Shown one piece after another: positions 1 to 7,449 of a stretch of 19,310 nucleotides of DNA. The position numbers and the translations under genes were made by a program. This DNA is from a virus: UHGV virus genome UHGV-0366180. One strand, written 5' to 3'. The number at the start of each line of letters is the position of its first letter. The first letter of the stretch is position 1. The notes under the pieces were generated by a model. The model did not search any database and had not been told where the DNA came from. It saw only the letters and a program-made list of their open reading frames with translations.

Positions 1-671
1 CCACCAAATTGCTGTGCAGTTGCTGAAAGAACTACGTCACCTATAACCTGTAAGGCCGACAGTACAGACTTTGGTTCACAATATTCGATGCCAGACATTT
101 CAAAGCCACCTTTCAGGACTTTACCAATGTCAAACAGGCAACAGTTGATACCACCAAAAATTAGGTCTCTTAAATCATGGATATAGATAAATCCTTTTTC
201 AATGGCTTCAAGTTCCTCTGGTGTTAGATGATACTGTTTAAAGATTTCTTTAGTCAGGTAACCACGGATAATTGAACCTTTCGTAGAAATTAAACTGCTG
301 TCAAAGTTAGCATTTTCACGGTCACCTAAGAAGAGTGTATCTTTAGTCTTCTGGTAGAGTTCATCCCAATTTTGAGCAACCTCTTTACGGTAATTTCTAT
401 ATGTTGAGTAAGACTCATAAATCTCGTGATTGACTTCTGCCAAAGCACCCTCAACAATACTGTGAATATCATTTACCGAAATTAGCAAATTATTCTGCTT
501 AGTGGACTTTACCAGAATCCTCATAAATGCTGACTCAAGAGCTTGAGTAACATCTGGTGGAAGCTCTTTATAACCAACTCTGTTAGCTGACTTTGTGACT
601 GCTGCTAAAACTTTTTTGATATCAGGTTCTTCAAGTGAGCCATTCTTTTTAATAATCTGTACTTTGTTCAT
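1..671 (-). CDS. nrdD: Anaerobic (class III) ribonucleoside-triphosphate reductase, N-terminal part; gene continues beyond the window start
   Basis: Not in the ORF track because it is truncated. Hand translation from ATG at 671..669 gives MNKVQIIKKNGSLEEPDIKKVLAA (ATP-cone-like) and further in IYIHDLRDLIFGGINCCLFDIGK, which matches the T4 NrdD N-terminal region as I recall it (HVHDIDYSPALPFTNCCLVDLKG). SD AAGGGG about 7 nt upstream. Confidence 0.7.
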   Translation of the reverse strand, partial: MNKVQIIKKNGSLEEPDIKKVLAAVTKSANRVGYKELPPDVTQALESAFMRILVKSTKQNNLLISVNDIHSIVEGALAEVNHEIYESYSTYRNYRKEVAQNWDELYQKTKDTLFLGDRENANFDSSLISTKGSIIRGYLTKEIFKQYHLTPEELEAIEKGFIYIHDLRDLIFGGINCCLFDIGKVLKGGFEMSGIEYCEPKSVLSALQVIGDVVLSATAQQFG

Positions 672-690
672 TATTGCCCCTTTACATGCT

Positions 691-716
691 AAAAAGGTCT
701 CCGAAGAGACCCTTTC
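691..716 (-). terminator. Intrinsic terminator-like hairpin between the small membrane ORF and nrdD
   Basis: Minus-strand RNA reads AAAG-GGUCUC-UUCG-GAGACC-UUUUU: 6-bp GC-rich stem, extendable by G.U and three A-U pairs, UUCG tetraloop, then a U5 run. Confidence 0.45.
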
Positions 717-719
717 ATT

Positions 720-926
720 TTAAATCTTTTTAGAAAACTTCGCAAAGAGTTCTCTTAGTTTTTCAGTGATACCTAACTGTATCTCTAATATTTCGAAGAT
801 AACCCATAGTAACATGGCTCCAAACAATGAACCTTGTTCAAAGTCAGTAAATAGGTTAACGATAAGCATACCAATCACAATAGCTGGTGCATCAACAACC
901 AAACCTTCCCAAATGCGTTTAAGCAT
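720..926 (-). CDS. Small hydrophobic protein, probable membrane protein (68 aa)
   Basis: ATG at 926..924 with SD GAGGTGA 5 nt upstream; long hydrophobic stretches (AIVIGMLIVNLF, LFGAMLLWVIFEIL); overlaps the upstream gene's stop by 8 nt. Confidence 0.4.
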   Translation of the reverse strand: MLKRIWEGLVVDAPAIVIGMLIVNLFTDFEQGSLFGAMLLWVIFEILEIQLGITEKLRELFAKFSKKI

Positions 927-1161
927 TATTCACCTCTGCCATAAAATTCTGTAGCGTACCAACAGGTTTTAGGTTTTGCCCATCAGTTTTCATGATGAAT
1001 GGCATCTGACGAACTGGCATCTGTGCAATATCAATCAGGTCTGATAGTTCATAGTCCTGCCCTAACATTCTCACAACATGGTCAATACCACGAGCTTTTG
1101 CAAAATTCTTTGCAGTCTCGCACTGAGGGCATCCAGTTTTGGAGTAAATTACATAAGTCAT
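919..1161 (-). CDS. Glutaredoxin/NrdH-like redoxin (80 aa)
   Basis: CPQC active-site motif near the N-terminus (YSKTGCPQCETAK); typical size; sits immediately downstream of nrdB with its ATG overlapping the nrdB stop (TAATG); SD GAGG. Confidence 0.65.
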   Translation of the reverse strand: MTYVIYSKTGCPQCETAKNFAKARGIDHVVRMLGQDYELSDLIDIAQMPVRQMPFIMKTDGQNLKPVGTLQNFMAEVNNA

Positions 1162-2234
1162 TAAGGAACCTCTAAAAATCCACTATTCAAATCATCTACA
1201 ACAGTATTCAATAGGTACGCACCGTTCTGTTGCTCCTGATTAGCATTCTGCTCTTTATCAATTTCCATCTTCTTAATCATGTACTTCAAAGGTGGTTCTT
1301 TAGGAGCTACAAAATCTCTGGGAATGCCAAACATATCATACAGTGGGGCAGCATTATAGTAAACCCACTCATGAAGAAGCTTTGTATTTAACCCAACTAC
1401 AGCACGTCCTTCGGAGAAGATATAATACGACCATTTCTCTTCACTTTCAACTACTTCATCTAAGATTACTTTAATCTCTGGAAGAATTTGTTGGAAAGCT
1501 TTTTGCCACTCATCATCTCTTAAAGTTTCTTTTAAAACTTCAATATCAATTTTAGTGTGAAGGATTTCGTCAAGCATAATTTTCTGGACAGCTTGAGCAA
1601 TACCTTGAAATTTATCTTGAGCATCAAGTGCAAAAGTACATGCAAAAGATGCCATAAAAGAAATACCTTCAAGTGCAGTCACTGCAAATAGACCTTTTAG
1701 AATCACTTTATGGAAGTGTAAAGGGTCTTTGTCCAGAAGTGAGTCACGCACATAACTCAGACGATAGTTTATACCTTCATCCAGTAATTCTTCAAGAACA
1801 CGATTCACAGTTTTTAATCGGTCTTGCACAGCAACATTCTGGTTAATCTCATCTAAGATTGTTTCAGGGTTTTTAATACATTGCCTTACAATCTCTGAGT
1901 AAGTAAGGGCATGTAGGTTTTCAATCTCAGACTGCTTCATAATTGCAGTTGCATAGATGTCATCAGAGATGAATGGTGCAAAGGCAAACGCTAAACTCTT
2001 AGCAACTTGAGTATCTGCTTCCCATTGCCACTTAAGAATCTCAAGCATTACACCTGACATTGATGCTGGTACACTCTCAAAATCAAGACGTGATTGTTCA
2101 AAAGGGAACTCATCTTCTGACCAGTCTTGTGCTTTTTGTTGTTTATATAGCTCAAAGATTTTTGGGTAGTGCTTATTAAGTGAGTCGAATGTTTTTCTCT
2201 CACCACCTAAAAAGATTGGGTGTTGGTTAATCAT
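1161..2234 (-). CDS. nrdB: Ribonucleotide reductase class I small subunit (357 aa from the re-placed start)
   Basis: Ferritin-like R2 features (LEGISFMASFACTFAL and surrounding helices). Start moved from the ORF-track 2294 to ATG 2234..2232, which has SD AAGGAG 10 nt upstream and forms an ATGA overlap with the upstream ORF's stop. Confidence 0.85.
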   Translation of the reverse strand: MINQHPIFLGGERKTFDSLNKHYPKIFELYKQQKAQDWSEDEFPFEQSRLDFESVPASMSGVMLEILKWQWEADTQVAKSLAFAFAPFISDDIYATAIMKQSEIENLHALTYSEIVRQCIKNPETILDEINQNVAVQDRLKTVNRVLEELLDEGINYRLSYVRDSLLDKDPLHFHKVILKGLFAVTALEGISFMASFACTFALDAQDKFQGIAQAVQKIMLDEILHTKIDIEVLKETLRDDEWQKAFQQILPEIKVILDEVVESEEKWSYYIFSEGRAVVGLNTKLLHEWVYYNAAPLYDMFGIPRDFVAPKEPPLKYMIKKMEIDKEQNANQEQQNGAYLLNTVVDDLNSGFLEVP

Positions 2235-2488
2235 AGCGTGATTTCTCCTTTCTTTATCATCTCTAAGGCTTGTTTTCTGTCTAAAACTTCCCAATTTTCT
2301 TTGTTAAACATGTCATAAGGTCTTGCATAGATTTTACCATCTGCTGTAGGGATGTAAGAGACACCATCGACCCATGAGTCATCATTTTGTTTTATCATCA
2401 TATCTGTGCTACTTACATAGTACAGTGTTTTCCGAGGTTTGTGGAGCAAGTATATGGGTCTCTCATGTTTTTCTATTAAGTCTTTCAT
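2231..2488 (-). CDS. Hypothetical protein (85 aa) between nrdA and nrdB
   Basis: ATG at 2488..2486 with SD GGAG; ATGA-coupled to nrdB; no recognisable motif. Confidence 0.45.
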   Translation of the reverse strand: MKDLIEKHERPIYLLHKPRKTLYYVSSTDMMIKQNDDSWVDGVSYIPTADGKIYARPYDMFNKENWEVLDRKQALEMIKKGEITL

Positions 2489-2510
2489 AGTTTCTCCAAA
2501 GTTAATTTTA

Positions 2511-2530
2511 GAGGGTCTTTTACGACCCTC
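2511..2530 (-). other. Perfect GC-rich hairpin just downstream of the nrdA stop, without a U-tract
   Basis: GAGGGTC-TTTTAC-GACCCTC: 7-bp stem, 6-nt loop. No U-run follows on either strand, so it is not a canonical terminator. Confidence 0.4.
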
Positions 2531-2543
2531 ATAGTTATTAAAA

Positions 2544-4778
2544 CTAAACACCACAACCCTCGCAATAAGCATCTTGTAGTGCAGATTTACCTACACCAAT
2601 GCGACTGTTAAGGTAGTACATGGTTTTCATACCTACTGAGTTGGCATAAATCATATACTTCAAAGCTTGAGCCAATGATACCTTCTTCGCTTTTGCGTAG
2701 TCAACATAGAAATCTGAAGAGATAGCTTGACCAGTGAACTTTTGAACAATTGCATAACAATCAATCAGGTCAAAGGTGTCAATATCCCAAGCAATTTCAT
2801 AGACATACTTCAACTCTTCGTAATCTGGAACAATAAACAGTACGTTACCAGTTGCAGACTTTTTAGTTAAAATAAAGTCACGAATTGGATACAAGCCATT
2901 TGTTGTATTAGTTGCCAGTGAAGAACTCTCATTAGGCATGTAAGCTTCTAATACGGAGTTACGGATTCCACCATTTTCTTTAATACGTTGTGCTAAGTCA
3001 TCCCAATCATAACGAAGTTTTGCATCATGCTTCTCATCAATCTTCTTGTTAGCTGTCTTTGGAGGAACCCACCCTTCAGGATACTTAGTGAACTTCATGT
3101 ATTCTGGAACACCACGCTCTTTAGCAAGTCTCAGAGAGGCTTCATGCAGATAGTAAGAGTGCATCTCTGCAAGTTCATGAAGTTTCGTTTTACCTGCTCG
3201 TGAAGAGTAGTTCACATAGTTCTTCGCAAGGTAATGAGCCACATTTGTAAGGCCAATCCCAACAGAACGACGCTTCTGAACATGGTTACGCATCGACGGA
3301 TACGGATAATCCATAAGGTCAATAACGGAGTCAACCATTGCAAGAGCATAATAAGCAACGTCAGCGTATTCATCTTCTGAAATTCTCCCTGCAACCAAAC
3401 TAGCTAGGAAGCAAAGAGCCACCTCACCATCCTCTTTCACAGCATCGTCTCTGTAAAGGTCTGTCTCTTTCTCAAAACCATACACTGGCAACACAATTTC
3501 CATGCAAAGATTTGACATCTTCAATGGCTCTTTAAATGGTGTATGTGTGTTTGCATTGTTAGTGAAGAATGGATACACACGACCTGTAGCATAACGCTGT
3601 TGAATAAACAGTTTAGCAATTTCACGAGCCTTGACTCGTCTGTGCTTGACTCCTGAATGTACTGCGTGACCAACTGCCATAGCAAACTCATCAGCAGATG
3701 CTGTGTAGAACATGTCATAGAGTTTTGGTGCATCTTTGTAAGAGAATAGCAACCAATCCGTATCATACTGAACACACTGCCAGAAATAATCATTTGTACC
3801 GAATGAGTAGTCCATCTCGTTAATACGTTTCGAAGGAACCGTTGTAGGGTGCTTCAAACGCAGTAAATCTTCAATCTGCGGGTCTAGAGCAGTGTAGAAG
3901 TTGTTAGCTGAACCACCACGGCTCTTCTGTTTGTTTGCCTCTACAGAGGAACGTACAAGCTTGTAATAAGGCAGTTTACCCATGTGCTCAATAGTATTTT
4001 GACGGATACCATCACCAATAGTACGAGTCTCCATCAGCATCCCAATGCCAGCTTGCTTTGTAGTCATATCATAAGCAACCTTTGCAGCAATACCAAGTGA
4101 CTCAGCAGTATCATTTGCTTTAATCAAACAACATGACGCATAACCTGACTTAGTAGCACGTAAACCATTCAGATAAGGTGTAGGAGCGTTAATCTTCAGG
4201 TCAGATAGGTAAGTGTATAGCTTAATAACATCTTGCAGTCTACGGTTCTTTGGTTGCTTCTCAAAGGCTTTCATAGCCATACCCATAAACATAAATTGTG
4301 GTGACTCAAAAAGTCTTCCCGTTTTAATATCACGGATTCCATATTTATCCCTGAACTGTTTCAACACTGCATAGCCGTAAGAGATATCTTTTGAGTGCAC
4401 AATATAACCTTGCAGATATTCAAGCTCTTCCTGAGAATAGTCCATCTTCTCCCAAAGTCCTGCTCTCTCCATATTTTTAACGAAGGTAACCAGCGTAGGA
4501 ACCTTAGTAAAGCCTCCAAAGGCTTCTTTGTAGATAATCCCCAGAAGTAGCCGTCCAGCCATGTCTGAGTACTCTTGAGTTTGTTTATCAACACAAACAT
4601 CAATCATAGCTTGGTGCATCTCTTTTGTGGTGCAACCTTCATAGACACGTTTCATGGCTTCCATAGTGACTTCTGACCAGATGATTCCACGCTTATCTGC
4701 CCATGATGCCCACTTATTCAGTCTTTCTGGGTCAAAGCTTACTACTGTACCGTTTGATTTTTTAATTGTCTTAATCAT
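2544..4778 (-). CDS. nrdA: Ribonucleotide reductase class I large subunit (744 aa)
   Basis: N-terminal ATP-cone-like region (KKSNGTVVSFDPERLNKW); catalytic motif SNLCMEIVLP (class Ia NxCxE); C-terminal CxxC tail (YCEGCGV); ATG at 4778..4776. Confidence 0.9.
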   Translation of the reverse strand: MIKTIKKSNGTVVSFDPERLNKWASWADKRGIIWSEVTMEAMKRVYEGCTTKEMHQAMIDVCVDKQTQEYSDMAGRLLLGIIYKEAFGGFTKVPTLVTFVKNMERAGLWEKMDYSQEELEYLQGYIVHSKDISYGYAVLKQFRDKYGIRDIKTGRLFESPQFMFMGMAMKAFEKQPKNRRLQDVIKLYTYLSDLKINAPTPYLNGLRATKSGYASCCLIKANDTAESLGIAAKVAYDMTTKQAGIGMLMETRTIGDGIRQNTIEHMGKLPYYKLVRSSVEANKQKSRGGSANNFYTALDPQIEDLLRLKHPTTVPSKRINEMDYSFGTNDYFWQCVQYDTDWLLFSYKDAPKLYDMFYTASADEFAMAVGHAVHSGVKHRRVKAREIAKLFIQQRYATGRVYPFFTNNANTHTPFKEPLKMSNLCMEIVLPVYGFEKETDLYRDDAVKEDGEVALCFLASLVAGRISEDEYADVAYYALAMVDSVIDLMDYPYPSMRNHVQKRRSVGIGLTNVAHYLAKNYVNYSSRAGKTKLHELAEMHSYYLHEASLRLAKERGVPEYMKFTKYPEGWVPPKTANKKIDEKHDAKLRYDWDDLAQRIKENGGIRNSVLEAYMPNESSSLATNTTNGLYPIRDFILTKKSATGNVLFIVPDYEELKYVYEIAWDIDTFDLIDCYAIVQKFTGQAISSDFYVDYAKAKKVSLAQALKYMIYANSVGMKTMYYLNSRIGVGKSALQDAYCEGCGV

Positions 4779-4798
4779 TTTTGAATCCTACAGATGAG

Positions 4799-4820
4799 AA
4801 GAGCCTCCGAAGAGGCTCCC
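4799..4820 (-). terminator. Hairpin with UUCG tetraloop upstream of nrdA; weak terminator or RNA processing/stability element
   Basis: Minus RNA GAGCCUC-UUCG-GAGGCUC (7-bp stem) followed by UUCUCAUCUG, a poor U-tract. Confidence 0.35.
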
Positions 4821-4824
4821 TAGT

Positions 4825-5157
4825 TTAAATCTTGAAAATTTGCTCATTCTGCCACATATCGTAAAACTTATCACTTACCTTTGTGACTGACGAAGTGTGC
4901 ATACAATTTACGAACCATGATATATTACTATTCATAATTATTTCAAGCTGTTTTGTGACATCCACATTCATGTCTTCAACAACATAATTACCTCGCATCT
5001 TGCAAACAATTCTTCCAAACAAGATTGCACTTCTACCTCTTCGGTCATCACAGTACATAACTGTGTCCCCGTGCTTAACATCTTGTCCGAGGCTGTCAAC
5101 GCCTAACTTAGCACCTGAGACAATATCATCATAAGATAGCTTTTTTGCTTTAGACAC
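4825..5157 (-). CDS. Hypothetical protein (110 aa), probable GTG start
   Basis: ORF-track start is GTG at 5157..5155, preceded by GGAG 7 nt upstream and overlapping the upstream stop; the first in-frame ATG is much further in (residue 34). Confidence 0.4.
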   Translation of the reverse strand: MSKAKKLSYDDIVSGAKLGVDSLGQDVKHGDTVMYCDDRRGRSAILFGRIVCKMRGNYVVEDMNVDVTKQLEIIMNSNISWFVNCMHTSSVTKVSDKFYDMWQNEQIFKI

Positions 5158-5473
5158 GGTATTTCTCCAAGTTTCTTTTTAGATATAACCAACCATAGTC
5201 AGTCCTTTCTACACCCATAAAGAGTGGAGCCATCACAACTTTACCGAAAGTATTCCTGTGTTGGCAGATTTCAAAGGAATATTCTTTCTCAATGTCAATC
5301 CCGTATTTGTACAGGACTGCTTTTAAAACTTGTTCATTATCCAGAAGTGTATCTGGAGTCTCACCATACTTTTCAAGTAACGGGTCATTCATAAACACCG
5401 TCATAGAAATATTGTAGTTTGAGAAGTGGCTCTTCTGAGCCACACCCTCTTTATTAATGTTCTGTGAATCCAT
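5150..5473 (-). CDS. Hypothetical protein (107 aa)
   Basis: ATG at 5473..5471 with AAGGGG 9 nt upstream; the ORF-track start at 5482 is TTG lying directly against the SD. Confidence 0.45.
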   Translation of the reverse strand: MDSQNINKEGVAQKSHFSNYNISMTVFMNDPLLEKYGETPDTLLDNEQVLKAVLYKYGIDIEKEYSFEICQHRNTFGKVVMAPLFMGVERTDYGWLYLKRNLEKYRV

Positions 5474-6209
5474 TATAACCAACCCCTTTTAACCAGCACT
5501 TCAGGTTATTAGCATCATAATTCAGTTTCGGGTATGAGGTTACATGGAACTGCTCACCATCATAGTAGACAATATCTGCAATCCATAGTCCATTCTCTTT
5601 ACAGAAGTCTTTATCTGCTTTAGAGGTAATTGGATTAACTTCTACAAAACCATCTACACCCAAATCCTTTAAGCTACCTACAATACCTTTGCAGATAACG
5701 CATGTCTCAGATACTACCACAAAAAGTTCTTGGCTTTCAAGCTCTACAATGTATTCACCAAGCTGTACTTTAGGGAGATTTGATTGCTTCATAATCTTCC
5801 CATCGGCTGCACGGACAATCGCATACCACTCTTTACCATCAACCACTGACATTCGAATAATACACTCTTGACCAGTACGCTTTTCAATGTCTGCAAGACG
5901 TTTTAAAGCTTCTTCATAGTCATCTGTGTACTTCAGGTCATTATTATGGCAAACAGCTTCCATAGCACCGTTGTGGTCATGTTGTGACAGGTAAATCAAA
6001 CCGTCAAGAACATATTGCAAATCTGCCTGAGCATCCAATGTCTCAATGGGGTCTTTCTCTTCAATTGCTTTTACAAGCTCTTTTGCTTCTTCAAGCATAC
6101 ACAGAGATTGAGATTTTAAAGATTCCCAATACTCATTACTGTAAGGTTGCTTTTGAGTGTTTCCACAACGAAGGTTCCAGTTTTTTACTGATTCTCTTGA
6201 GTTAAACAT
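5454..6209 (-). CDS. Two-domain protein: N-terminal MazG-like all-alpha NTP pyrophosphohydrolase domain (tentative) plus uncharacterised C-terminal domain (251 aa)
   Basis: Acidic helix pattern LEEAKELVKAIEEKDPIETLDAQADLQYVLDG resembles the MazG/HisE EExxE...ExxD metal-binding signature. The C-terminal ~125 aa carries CxxC (SETCVICKG) and no motif I can name. ATG 6209..6207 with SD AAGGAG. Confidence 0.5.
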   Translation of the reverse strand: MFNSRESVKNWNLRCGNTQKQPYSNEYWESLKSQSLCMLEEAKELVKAIEEKDPIETLDAQADLQYVLDGLIYLSQHDHNGAMEAVCHNNDLKYTDDYEEALKRLADIEKRTGQECIIRMSVVDGKEWYAIVRAADGKIMKQSNLPKVQLGEYIVELESQELFVVVSETCVICKGIVGSLKDLGVDGFVEVNPITSKADKDFCKENGLWIADIVYYDGEQFHVTSYPKLNYDANNLKCWLKGVGYNGFTEH

Positions 6210-6433
6210 TCGGACTCCTTAAAATATCTGTTAACTTTTAGCTCTCGTGTTTCAATATATTCTAGATGCTCACGTAGCTCTTGACGTTTAAGCATTAGGT
6301 GCTGCATTTGAGATTCAACAGCTTCAACTTCTTTGATTATTGACTCTCTAGCATTTGCAAGGATGCGCTCAAGTTCTTCAATCTTGCTGTCAACTTTTGC
6401 TACATGACTCACAGCTTTGCTTTTGTTAAACAT
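6185..6433 (-). CDS. Hypothetical coiled-coil protein (82 aa)
   Basis: ATG at 6433..6431 (the ORF-track start is TTG at 6448); heptad-like charged sequence (IEELERILANARESIIKEVEAVE); 3' end overlaps the next gene's start by 25 nt. Confidence 0.4.
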   Translation of the reverse strand: MFNKSKAVSHVAKVDSKIEELERILANARESIIKEVEAVESQMQHLMLKRQELREHLEYIETRELKVNRYFKESECLTQENQ

Positions 6434-6454
6434 TTTATTCTCTCTCAATAGTTA

Positions 6455-6952
6455 TCAAGCACAATTTGCTTTCATTACCTTATGGATTCTTTTTTCAGCA
6501 TCTTCATAAGTTTCTTTAGTAATAAACTTAATTGCTGCAATATTGGCATTGTAGAAGAGTCTGAGCTTAGAGTCAATCCTTTTTGTCATTACATCGAATT
6601 TATGTTGAAGGTTTGCTTCACCATAGACTAGGCCACCTTTTGTGTAGTAGGTCTGAATGATGTAAAAGTCAAAAAATTCTTTTCCAAAGCTCTCAATATC
6701 TTTTTTAATATACTCAGAAGAAGTCTCGTAAGTCATCCAATCACTCTCCTTAGTGACTACCTTCTTCCGAGTCTTCCCAGCAACTTTTCTTTTTGTCACA
6801 CTGTTAAGCTGTTTCTTTCCGATATAATATTGTCCAGTCTTCTTACAGTGTACTAAATAGACAAAGCCAAAATGTTTAGTGGGGTCAACTTCCCCACATA
6901 AAGATACCCAATGACCGTAGGTGGGGCAATTTCCAAATCCTTTAATCTTCAT
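6455..6952 (-). CDS. GIY-YIG-like nuclease (165 aa); free-standing homing endonuclease or EndoII/DenA-like host-DNA nuclease
   Basis: GFVYLVHCKKTGQYYIGKK has canonical GIY...(11 aa)...YIG spacing. The motif is internal (about residue 30), as in T4 endonuclease II from memory. ATGA-coupled to the upstream HNH gene. Confidence 0.5.
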   Translation of the reverse strand: MKIKGFGNCPTYGHWVSLCGEVDPTKHFGFVYLVHCKKTGQYYIGKKQLNSVTKRKVAGKTRKKVVTKESDWMTYETSSEYIKKDIESFGKEFFDFYIIQTYYTKGGLVYGEANLQHKFDVMTKRIDSKLRLFYNANIAAIKFITKETYEDAEKRIHKVMKANCA

Positions 6953-7449
6953 TCATAAGCTTCTCCGTGATTTGAAAACTCTTTATGTAGTTCTTCTCTT
7001 TTCTTTGTGACTGCATCTTTGGCATCTTCAATACTGTCAAAATACCCCAGAAAGTGAGATACTCCGTGTGTCATAACTCTGGCCTTCCATTTTTGGTTAG
7101 CCTTATAGAAAGATACACCCTTAACTCCAGATGTGTTGTTGGAGTGTGTTCTTCTATTCCAAGAGTTTTCAGCTTGTGTGCAAACCCTTAGATTTAATCT
7201 CCGATTATCATTAGTAATGCCGTTGCGATGGTCTACTCTGTTAGGTAGAAAACCGTCTGTGTACAGGATTGCTAAATCATGAGCCATATAGGGTTTTCTT
7301 TTAATTTTTATCCTAATATAACCTCGCTTATGTGGTGTACCTGCAATGGAACCTATAACTGTTCTGTTAGCTGATTTCTTTATCCACGTAAAGACCCCTG
7401 TTTCGGGGTCATAGTGTAGATATTCTTTAAGTATCTGCTGAGTCAACAT
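6949..7449 (-). CDS. HNH endonuclease with C-terminal AP2-type DNA-binding domain (copy A)
   Basis: HNH motif VDHRNGITNDNRRLNLRVCTQAEN; AP2-like tail GVKGVSFYKANQKWKARVMTHGVSHFLGYFDSIEDAKDA. Start is ambiguous: ATG 7449 or 7464, or TTG 7473; all overlap the flap exonuclease 3' end. Confidence 0.75.
   Translation of the reverse strand: MLTQQILKEYLHYDPETGVFTWIKKSANRTVIGSIAGTPHKRGYIRIKIKRKPYMAHDLAILYTDGFLPNRVDHRNGITNDNRRLNLRVCTQAENSWNRRTHSNNTSGVKGVSFYKANQKWKARVMTHGVSHFLGYFDSIEDAKDAVTKKREELHKEFSNHGEAYE

Noticed and set aside
1161-2294. ORF-track N-terminal extensions taken at face value (nrdB from 2294, polymerase from 14312, lipoprotein from 17889, primase-helicase from 11859, and similar).
   Set aside because: The extended starts are GTG/TTG or ATGs without a Shine-Dalgarno and overlap the upstream gene; an internal ATG with a good SD and a coupled ATGA/TAATG arrangement exists in each case.
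3212-4603. Antisense plus-frame-shifted ORFs inside nrdA (3212-3394, 3521-3793, 4361-4603).
   Set aside because: They lie wholly within the well-supported nrdA frame, have low-complexity compositions and no ribosome-binding sites; frame-shadow artefacts.
1161-4778. Group I intron or intein interrupting nrdA or nrdB.
   Set aside because: Both reading frames are continuous, of normal length, with conserved motifs in the expected order.
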